From IMG/VR virus record IMGVR_UViG_3300010287_000001, positions 1 to 43,119 of that record: 43,119 nucleotides of DNA; one strand, written 5' to 3'. Each line of letters starts with the position of its first letter. Positions within the stretch are counted from its first letter, which is position 1. Positions 6,418 through 13,998 of the stretch are shown one piece after another. Under the pieces are notes generated by a model. It worked only from the letters and a program-made list of their open reading frames with translations, had not been told where the DNA came from and ran no database searches. Position numbers and translations under genes: made by a program. The stretch comes from a virus.

Positions 6418-7251
6418 TCACTCCTCCGACAACCATGAATTTTGGAACCCTCTGATCACCACATGCACCGAAGCCCGACCTTTTGTGGTTGTCGTAAATC
6501 GAATCCACTTCCACCCGGACCCAGTAGCTAAAAGAGTCACGTCCTTGCACAACTCGAACTCGTCAACGCCCGCCGGTGGCTCAGCCAAATCGGCAATCTT
6601 CACATAGGTACTCCGGTCATCCGAGTCGCTGAACCATAGATCAACACCCTTCGGCAGCCCATCTGCACTGATGTCGTCATAGATCCCATAGATCAATCCA
6701 TGAGAGTGTAGCAGCTCTTCCGAGGTAGTCGCGTGGCAACCACCACCCACCGCGGTCATTGTGTACGGGTACAGATACTCGAAATAGTGCCTGTGCTGTG
6801 GATCAGTCACAACGTGGTGGATCGATTCGCCCGTCTCTTCAGACTCCAGCATCCAGTGATTGCTGATAGAAATGTTGGTCAAGGCACTATCAGTGAATGT
6901 TCCCTGAAGAGCACCCCCAAGCTCATGCTTGTGATGAGGCAGATCAACGCCGTGGTAATGACTACAGTCAGCGGTATCCACTGCCGCATACGCTCTGTAT
7001 CGCATCCCCCTGACTGTCACTCTGATGTCGTGTAGCGTCATCCCCTCATCTATATAGACAGGGATCTCCAGCGGATGAGCTGAGTCGAACGTATCTACAA
7101 CGTTATAGGTGTCAACGACCGGGACCTTGTTCGCCGCTGCCTGCCCATAGCAACACACGGATAGCGCCAAGGTCACGCAAACCAGCAGGGCCATCAGTGT
7201 CAACCGCCTCACACAACCACCTCCCGCTTCTGCAGGAAGATTTCTACACAT
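6418..7251 (-). CDS. Signal-peptide/anchor-bearing paralogue of the tail-fibre distal (HxH-rich) domain
   Basis: Residues after AANK align with the last 277 aa of the 7750-11631 product. The N-terminus MCRNLPAEAGGGCVRRLTLMALLVCVTLALSVCCYGQA is signal-like. The start is uncertain (7299 GTG, 7251 ATG or 7194 ATG). Confidence 0.7.
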   Translation of the reverse strand: MCRNLPAEAGGGCVRRLTLMALLVCVTLALSVCCYGQAAANKVPVVDTYNVVDTFDSAHPLEIPVYIDEGMTLHDIRVTVRGMRYRAYAAVDTADCSHYHGVDLPHHKHELGGALQGTFTDSALTNISISNHWMLESEETGESIHHVVTDPQHRHYFEYLYPYTMTAVGGGCHATTSEELLHSHGLIYGIYDDISADGLPKGVDLWFSDSDDRSTYVKIADLAEPPAGVDEFELCKDVTLLATGSGWKWIRFTTTTKGRASVHVVIRGFQNSWLSEE

Positions 7252-7495
7252 CGGAAGGCGTTCCTGCTTCTGATCCGCCCTTTTGACCAAGTTCCTCACC
7301 CAATGCCTCGTAGAGTATCTGCTGATACCTCACTCTCTTGGCGGCCCACTCGTCCGCTTTGGCTCGATACATCTCCTCGTGTCGTTTGCACTGTTCAATG
7401 TGTGCATGGAGATCGTTAATGCTTAGGCTCTCCTCCACCTCTTGAGTTTCCTTGATCACAACCTGAGACCCCTGCCGCGAAACTTGTATACTCAT
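7244..7495 (-). CDS. Hypothetical protein (83 aa)
   Basis: ATGA overlap with the upstream gene. Helical, charged sequence. Confidence 0.5.
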   Translation of the reverse strand: MSIQVSRQGSQVVIKETQEVEESLSINDLHAHIEQCKRHEEMYRAKADEWAAKRVRYQQILYEALGEELGQKGGSEAGTPSDV

Positions 7496-7737
7496 CTGGT
7501 ATCAACCTCCTTGATTTGCTTCCGAATATGCGCTCTGAAGTGCTCGTCCAAAGCCACAGCGGTATCAGCAACCGCTCTCCTGGCTTCGTAGCCCGTAGAA
7601 TTGAAGGTGAAACTGCTTGTGCCATTCCGGTCGTGGACAATGATCACCGCACTCATGCCCTGTTCGATGGCCTCGGCTAGTCGATGTAACTTCTCAGCTG
7701 AACCCAATTCCCTTATTTCGTTAAGATCAACTTCCAT
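7492..7737 (-). CDS. Hypothetical protein (81 aa)
   Basis: ATG at 7737 lies 8 nt after SD AAGGAG and directly follows the fibre gene stop. Confidence 0.5.
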   Translation of the reverse strand: MEVDLNEIRELGSAEKLHRLAEAIEQGMSAVIIVHDRNGTSSFTFNSTGYEARRAVADTAVALDEHFRAHIRKQIKEVDTR

Positions 7738-7749
7738 ATTCCTCACTCC

Positions 7750-10700
7750 TTACGCAACCCAAGAATCTTGGAATCCCCGAATGACGATATGCACTGATAC
7801 ACGCCCTTTCGTCGTCGTGGTGAATTTCACCCACTTCCAACCTGTTTCTGGTTCGTCTACAGGGAGTGCCAGTTCTTTACACAATTGAAACTCGTCAACA
7901 CCTGCCCCTGGTTCCGAGAGATCGGCGACCTTTGTGTAACTACGACTCTCTGCGTTGGAAAACCAGAGATCAACGCCCTTGGGGACACCATCCGCACTCG
8001 TGTCGTCGAATATACCATAGATCAAATTGTGCGCGTGTGATCCATCGCTTGTGGTTGTCGGAATTGATCCCCCACCAGACCCGGTCACTGAATATGGGTG
8101 CAGATAGTCGAAATCATGGTAGTGTTGAGGGTCAGTCACTGAGTGATATGTTGGCCCGCCCTCTGAAGTTGTGCCACTAATACTAGCACTTCCGCTGCCG
8201 CTTGCTGACACTGAGTGTCCGTGATACCAGCCAGTTCCCCCAACTTGATCAGTGCTACCGGATACACTTACGTAGACTGTATCACTGCCAGAGAAGTCGT
8301 GTTCGTGGGGCCAGTGATTACCGATAGAAATGTTAGTTAAGGCCGAGTAAGTGTTTGTCCCTTGCAGGCTAGAACCTAACTGGTGCGTATGATTCGGTAT
8401 CACCACATCATGACTATGGCTCCCTGTTGCGACAGCCCCCGACGCGTACGCTCGATACCTCATACCCCTGGCCGTGATCCGCACATCGTGGATGGTCATG
8501 CCCTCGTCAATATAGATCGGGATTTCCAGCGGGTGCGACGAGTCGAAGCTGTCCATCACGTTGTAGGTGTCCACCACAGGCACCTGCTTGTAGTCGTCGG
8601 CCTCTATGACCTTTGCGCCCAGTTGTCCCGCATACTCCGCATCGCCCGTATTTGCGTCGAACCGAAACACGACCTTGCCGTCCGATTTTCGAGTCCACGT
8701 TTCCCCTTGGTCGTTGATTAGGAGCCGCCCACCTGTACCGTCGACCACCACCGGTGCGACACCTGCATTATACTGGCTACTTTCATTGAACAGAGGCGTG
8801 TCGACGCCAACAACGATCTGCTCAGTCTTGACTGACTCAATCTGCGCCGCCTGGATCTTGGCCTCATCCGTTGAGATCTTATTGGCCTCAAGCTTGATGA
8901 TGTGAGCCGAGTCGATAAAAGCCTCTTGCACTGCCGCAACGTACGCCTCGATTGACCCCGCTGCAAAATGATCGGCGAGAATGGCTTTAGATGCGATCTC
9001 TTGCGCTCCGACTGCCCCTGCCTCGATCATGCCAGCTTTGATCTTGCCTACGATCTGCTCGACGTCAACTGACGCGTCCCACTCGGTACCCGTACAGCGA
9101 TACAACACATGGTCGGTCGTGAGGACAACGAGGCTGCCTTCCGGGTAGTCAGGATTGGGCAGTGCGGGCAGGCTACTGAGTATGCGTGGAGGCGTCAGGC
9201 CCTGTGCAAACTCGGCCACACCTTCGATCTTGCGCGTACGAGCATAGACCGGCGTGGACTTCGAGCCCTCGCCGAGAGCGTCTGCCGCACTGACCTCAAT
9301 GCGGTAGCGAGTGCCGGGCGTGGCGTTCCAGGTGACGCGGCCAGCCGGATACGGCGCCTTTTGCGTCGCGCCAGTGGGATTGCCGCTATCGTCCACTGGC
9401 GTCATGTGCAAGTAGTAGGTCTCAATGTCGTTGTCTGCGACAGGCTGGATGTTGATCAAGAGGCATGAGAAGAACTCCGTCACTGCTGGCTGCGGCGGCG
9501 TGCTGGGTGTCGCGTTAGTCAGCGTTATGGGTGCGGCGTCCAGACTATAGACGCCCGCAGCCGAAATAGCCCTGATGTAGTATGTGTGGCTGCGTTTCGT
9601 AGGTGCCAGAGTCACGGTCGTCGCGTTGCCTCGCCATATCCGCCCCGCGGCCTCACCCCAGCCAGAATCAGACTCTCGAATCTCATACTCCGCAGCTCTG
9701 GCTGCCGGATGCCAGCGCAGGACGATCTCCCGCACGAATTCACAAGTATTCCAAACAGGTGTATCAGGAGGTGCCTGGTCGAGGTCCTCCGTGCGAATAT
9801 ACTGAGTTACCGCCGAAACCTCACGACTAGGCTCGGATCGCCTGCCGTCGGTGTCCACGTGGATCAGACGCGCGTAGTACCTCACGCCTGGTGCAAGGTT
9901 TGGAACGTCAAAACGCGTCCGTTTGCCTGAATCTACGAGCGTCGCACTACCAGGCTCAAAGCCCTTCGCCGTGCTGATGTGGCACTCTGTCACAGACCAG
10001 TTGGCGAGCTTCGGCGCGCTGCACCCGACCACCAGCCCCTTATACACGCCGCGGGCATACACGCCCACTGGCGTCAGCGGATCAACCGGCTTCGGCAATC
10101 GCCCTCGCCCATCCAGCACGCTCTGCAAATTGAGCCTGGCTCGTCCCAGGTCGAGGCGTACGGTCAAACCACCGGCGCTGTACTCTCGGCTCTCGGTCAT
10201 GATCCTAGTGGTGGTGATGATGCCTGTGTCAGGGTCAGCCACCCTCACCACGTCGCCCAGGCCATACTGAGGCTCGTTCTCGCAGTCAAACGCGGCCCGC
10301 ACCGAGAAGTGCGTCTTGGGCGTGTTGTGCGTGTCGAGGTAGTCCTGGGCTGCAGCCTCCAGCTCGGTCAAAGTCGAGGCGTCGAACTCTACGGCCTGCG
10401 GGTAGTCGCCATACGCACCTATGCTCTCGTCGTCCCTCAGCGTGACCTCCAGGCGATTGATCCCCTGACCAGGTCCTGTCGCAGTCAGGATATTGCACAG
10501 TTCCGAGTCATCGTCGCCTAGAGAGGTGACCTCGATGTTGGTGCCGGTCCTCAGCACGAACTCAGCCACGCGGTTGACACCCAGACTCTCGGCGATACTC
10601 AGCGCGCCGTTCCAGACTGCGAACTCCCAGCCATTCTGCTCGCAGGCGTCGATCAGCACCTGGAGTGCGTTGGCATGGTCAGCATCGAGGCCCTTGACAG

Positions 10701-11631
10701 TCACACCTGCCGAGGCGGGGATGTTACCGGCTACGAGGTGGCCCTGCGTTCGTCCGATCAGCTCTACGGCAAACACATACGGAGTCACGCCCACTGGTTG
10801 TCCGTTCGGGTCCTCCGACTCAGTATCGATCGTGTGGAGGTTGATCCGCACATATACCTGAGACTGGGTACCACCGAGGTAATACCCGATCTCCTCTGGC
10901 AAACCGCCGTCGATCTCGCTGGACCAGTTGCTGCCGTCATAGCTCACCTGGATCGAGGTCTGCACCACATCGTTGCTGTCGGCGGACCAGCGGACACGGT
11001 CCCAGCGCACGAAGTCCTTGATCTCGCCGCTGTCGAATCGAAGCGTGATGTGGCCGCTCTCATAGTAGCGACCATCAGCCTGCTTGGCCAACATAACCAC
11101 GCCTGGCTCAGTCGTGAGGTCGATATGCGAGCTGTCCACCATGTAGCTCTGCCACTGGCTCTGCGCCTTGACCCTGATCGTCTGCCAGCCGTCGAGGAGG
11201 TCACGAGCCACGTCTGCCAGATCCCAGCCGTCCCATACGCGGCCGTATTGTGCGGGTGTGATGTTGGACTCCAGTAGTATCTCCTCAGTCATCGCCTTGA
11301 TTGTGATGATCTGCCCTATCTCCCGGCCTGTGATGCAACCACTCGCCTTGAGCTGAGTGCCCTGGTAGACCTGCACAAACGCGGCGATCTGAGCATGTTG
11401 TGCCTTGTCGGGCCTGGTCGATACCGGCGCGGCTCCGACGGCGATCGGTTGCGTTGGCGAGAAGAACCCAAACAGCACATGCTCGGGCGTAATATACTCG
11501 CCCACAGTCTCACGAGGTATCTGGATGGTGATCTCCGTGGCCTGATTGATGCGCCGGGTGTAGCTCCACTGCACGTCAGGGAGGATCGCCTGTATCTGCC
11601 TATCTCTATCGAGTATGCGGATGTGATACAC
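7750..11631 (-). CDS. Tail tip / tail fibre protein (Tal-type N-terminus, FN3-like repeats, HxH-rich distal domain), 1293 aa
   Basis: The N-terminus MYHIRILDRDRQIQAILPDVQWSYTRRINQ resembles the siphovirus prophage-tail (ReqiPepy6 gp37-like) family. The central part has FN3-like segments. The C-terminal 277 aa carry six HxH motifs. GTG start with SD GGGAGGTG. Confidence 0.85.
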   Translation of the reverse strand: MYHIRILDRDRQIQAILPDVQWSYTRRINQATEITIQIPRETVGEYITPEHVLFGFFSPTQPIAVGAAPVSTRPDKAQHAQIAAFVQVYQGTQLKASGCITGREIGQIITIKAMTEEILLESNITPAQYGRVWDGWDLADVARDLLDGWQTIRVKAQSQWQSYMVDSSHIDLTTEPGVVMLAKQADGRYYESGHITLRFDSGEIKDFVRWDRVRWSADSNDVVQTSIQVSYDGSNWSSEIDGGLPEEIGYYLGGTQSQVYVRINLHTIDTESEDPNGQPVGVTPYVFAVELIGRTQGHLVAGNIPASAGVTVKGLDADHANALQVLIDACEQNGWEFAVWNGALSIAESLGVNRVAEFVLRTGTNIEVTSLGDDDSELCNILTATGPGQGINRLEVTLRDDESIGAYGDYPQAVEFDASTLTELEAAAQDYLDTHNTPKTHFSVRAAFDCENEPQYGLGDVVRVADPDTGIITTTRIMTESREYSAGGLTVRLDLGRARLNLQSVLDGRGRLPKPVDPLTPVGVYARGVYKGLVVGCSAPKLANWSVTECHISTAKGFEPGSATLVDSGKRTRFDVPNLAPGVRYYARLIHVDTDGRRSEPSREVSAVTQYIRTEDLDQAPPDTPVWNTCEFVREIVLRWHPAARAAEYEIRESDSGWGEAAGRIWRGNATTVTLAPTKRSHTYYIRAISAAGVYSLDAAPITLTNATPSTPPQPAVTEFFSCLLINIQPVADNDIETYYLHMTPVDDSGNPTGATQKAPYPAGRVTWNATPGTRYRIEVSAADALGEGSKSTPVYARTRKIEGVAEFAQGLTPPRILSSLPALPNPDYPEGSLVVLTTDHVLYRCTGTEWDASVDVEQIVGKIKAGMIEAGAVGAQEIASKAILADHFAAGSIEAYVAAVQEAFIDSAHIIKLEANKISTDEAKIQAAQIESVKTEQIVVGVDTPLFNESSQYNAGVAPVVVDGTGGRLLINDQGETWTRKSDGKVVFRFDANTGDAEYAGQLGAKVIEADDYKQVPVVDTYNVMDSFDSSHPLEIPIYIDEGMTIHDVRITARGMRYRAYASGAVATGSHSHDVVIPNHTHQLGSSLQGTNTYSALTNISIGNHWPHEHDFSGSDTVYVSVSGSTDQVGGTGWYHGHSVSASGSGSASISGTTSEGGPTYHSVTDPQHYHDFDYLHPYSVTGSGGGSIPTTTSDGSHAHNLIYGIFDDTSADGVPKGVDLWFSNAESRSYTKVADLSEPGAGVDEFQLCKELALPVDEPETGWKWVKFTTTTKGRVSVHIVIRGFQDSWVA

Positions 11632-11646
11632 GATGACACCTCCCGT

Positions 11647-11677
11647 ACAAAGAAAACCGCCTCCACGCTAGAGGCGG
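11647..11677 (-). terminator. Rho-independent terminator inside the tail module
   Basis: The minus strand reads CCGCCTC-tagcgtg-GAGGCGG followed by TTTTCTTTG. It lies between the 79-aa gene and the Tal gene SD. Confidence 0.55.
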
Positions 11678-11728
11678 CCAAACCCCAGCTTAATCTCTCT
11701 ATTGTGGAACTTTATTCCCGTCATCCAT

Positions 11729-11968
11729 TTACGCCATTATCCTCTTAGCAACCGCTTCTGCCAGTATATCCACAAAAGACTTGCTGGTCTTAGGCAATGG
11801 CTCAACGGTGTATCGGACGTAGATTTTCCCGCCCTCAACCTCATAGCGAGACACAGACGCTACTTCCCCTTCGGCGGTGGCGGGTCTTTCGTCAACAATC
11901 TCCATCGCTCCCTCATGTTCTTGGTCAACCATTTGTAGTCCTTCGTCGGTTATAATTCCATAACCCAT
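11729..11968 (-). CDS. Hypothetical protein (79 aa)
   Basis: ATG with SD GAGGGGG. Acidic protein. Confidence 0.5.
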   Translation of the reverse strand: MGYGIITDEGLQMVDQEHEGAMEIVDERPATAEGEVASVSRYEVEGGKIYVRYTVEPLPKTSKSFVDILAEAVAKRIMA

Positions 11969-12059
11969 ATCGGCTAAACCCCCTCTCTAAGACTAGTTTT
12001 TCCATATGTCACCTCGGCTCCGCCTCGGTGAAAAGAGCCAGAGGGCGGAGAATCAGAAA

Positions 12060-13265
12060 TCAGAGCTCAAGAACAAGGACGGGCCGCCACACGAAAGGCA
12101 CAAGCGTACTCGACGCGGCCTCGTAATACCAGAACCGGGCGGAACGGCCGCCACGGAGAGCGCGCCTGGCGGCATCGTCAATAAGCGTTTCTTGGCACCA
12201 TGTATATGTTGCGTTCCAGTGCCACGCCTGGTTATGCTTGCGCCGCCTCGCAGTGTTATTCAAATACTGTGAACCGCTTTGGTAGTCTTCGCTTTCGGGT
12301 TCTGGTGCGCCAATGAAAAACGGTCCGTCTTGGTCAACTCCGTTCATGACGTATCTGTCCCACTCGTTGGGCAACAGACCGCCGTCATAAACTTCACTTG
12401 AACCACCCAGCCTATTGGCTGGCCCTCCAGTTAGCACCCGGCACAGGTAGTTTTGCCCGTCTATAGTCTGTGTTTTGCCAAAGACAAAGCCACTGTTGTC
12501 AATGTGATTCCAGCTAAGATTTGCGACTAGCCCTCTGTCGGAAATCAGTATCAAGCTGGGTTTACCGTTGATTAGGTCGTAAAACATGTGCCACTGCAAT
12601 ACGTTTTCTGGGTTGCTGGAGGTATCGGTAATTGAGTAGCCGTCAAGATTTGTGCCTTGTCTGTGCGGTATATCCCCTGCGGCGGTCACAGATACACTTG
12701 CACCTGCTTCTTCAGTGACTAGCGTCTCCGAGACGGTCAAGGTTGTGCTTGTCCTGTTGATTAGTGTGTACGTGCCATCATTGCTATTACTACCACTAAC
12801 AGTGATTTGGTCGCCAACCCTAAGTATTTCTACGTCCCACAATACGTCTGTGATGGAGATTTGGTTGCCCTCGAAACTTACAGTTGTTCTCGTGGTTGCG
12901 TCATTTCGGAAAACAGGGAAAGACACGTCTCTGCGCCATGGTCTAAGCGGTCTCGGCAGTTCTGCGCCGTTGTAGGTTAGAGTACCAATCTTGACTAAAC
13001 CGCCGTATAGCGGAGCGGTAGCCATAGCAATTTCCCGCAATCTTGACCTGCTTTCTTCCGCTATACTTCCGTTAAGCTGAACTGGCCACGGGTTGCCACT
13101 GCTGATCGGATTCCCGTCAGCCCCCAAAATTACGCTATACACGCCGCCGTCCTGCCCCCGGACGCGTTCAAAAGTGCCATCGGCCTTCTGATACTGTGGC
13201 ACCGGGCAAGCTAGTTGCCCCGACGGTGGGTCGCCCTCGCGAATCAGTCTATCAGTCATGTTCAT
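12060..13265 (-). CDS. Putative receptor-binding / tail accessory protein (401 aa)
   Basis: ATG at 13265 (MNMTDRL) with SD AGGAGA. Located between Dit and Tal. The C-terminal ~150 aa (LCRVLTGG...NEWDRYV...FWYYEAASSTLVPFVWRPVLV) are vaguely C-type-lectin/DUF1566-like. Lower GC than neighbours by eye. Confidence 0.5.
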   Translation of the reverse strand: MNMTDRLIREGDPPSGQLACPVPQYQKADGTFERVRGQDGGVYSVILGADGNPISSGNPWPVQLNGSIAEESRSRLREIAMATAPLYGGLVKIGTLTYNGAELPRPLRPWRRDVSFPVFRNDATTRTTVSFEGNQISITDVLWDVEILRVGDQITVSGSNSNDGTYTLINRTSTTLTVSETLVTEEAGASVSVTAAGDIPHRQGTNLDGYSITDTSSNPENVLQWHMFYDLINGKPSLILISDRGLVANLSWNHIDNSGFVFGKTQTIDGQNYLCRVLTGGPANRLGGSSEVYDGGLLPNEWDRYVMNGVDQDGPFFIGAPEPESEDYQSGSQYLNNTARRRKHNQAWHWNATYTWCQETLIDDAARRALRGGRSARFWYYEAASSTLVPFVWRPVLVLEL

Positions 13266-13284
13266 CACGTCTCCTGTTCGTGAA

Positions 13285-13998
13285 CTAATACCACCTGGGC
13301 CTATACACGATCTCAATAGCTGCGGTCGTCGTAATCTCATTTTCACCCGGTCGCAGCTCAAAACCGTCTGCAAACCAGCTCTCATCTACGGCATCGAGCC
13401 TGTTCGCACCACCGACTGTGCAGGTGTAATGCGCGCAGTCCAGCTCGATGATGCCTGCCACACTCAGACCTGTGATGACGATGCTCTGCCCTGTTGTTGC
13501 GTTTGCCACGGCCAGGCCCGACACGCTACCGACGGTCCGGATCACAGGAAACGCCGACGCACTCCCCTCGACTGTGACAGTCTGCGTGTCGGTGACTGTC
13601 ACCGTGACCTCTGGCCCATACCAATAGGGGTCGAGGGCCACTAGCGGCACGTTCAACGCCAACTCCGCACCGTGGTCAATCCAGTCCTGCGGCGCACCCT
13701 GGGGATGGACTACCAGGAATCGGTCGTGTTCACTGCGCCGGTAGACCTGGAGTGGAGCACACATCAGGAACGCCATGAGCGAGTCGAACTCCTGCTCGAT
13801 CTGCGCTCTGTCGGGGTAGTAGATGCGTCCTTCCAGGCTGAACCGCCTAGCGGCAAGCGTCGATCTGCCCGTCCTGATCTCTCCAGGTGCGCCAACAAGA
13901 GCCTGGCTCGGAACTACGATATCGAGCGGCACGCGTTTGAGTGCAATGGTCGGTGGTAGTATCTTCTCAGTTCCCAGAGCGTTCACCAGTTTGACCAT
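13285..13998 (-). CDS. Distal tail protein (Dit, siphovirus tail family)
   Basis: Immediately follows the TMP gene (TGATG overlap). About 237 aa, ending ...IEIVYRPRWY as is typical of Sipho_tail proteins. Confidence 0.75.
   Translation of the reverse strand: MVKLVNALGTEKILPPTIALKRVPLDIVVPSQALVGAPGEIRTGRSTLAARRFSLEGRIYYPDRAQIEQEFDSLMAFLMCAPLQVYRRSEHDRFLVVHPQGAPQDWIDHGAELALNVPLVALDPYWYGPEVTVTVTDTQTVTVEGSASAFPVIRTVGSVSGLAVANATTGQSIVITGLSVAGIIELDCAHYTCTVGGANRLDAVDESWFADGFELRPGENEITTTAAIEIVYRPRWY

Noticed and set aside
6421-8583. Diversity-generating retroelement (template/variable repeat pair), suggested by the two homologous fibre-tip modules and a lectin-like C-terminus in the 401-aa protein.
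   Set aside because: No reverse transcriptase ORF exists anywhere in the window. The two modules differ by all substitution types and by a ~40-aa indel rather than adenine-specific changes. I found no second copy of the 12060-12200 segment.
11969-12059. A possible terminator hairpin (CTCCGCC...GGCGGAG) after the 401-aa gene.
   Set aside because: The stem is imperfect with a bulge, the loop is 14 nt and no T-run follows. This is not convincing as a terminator.
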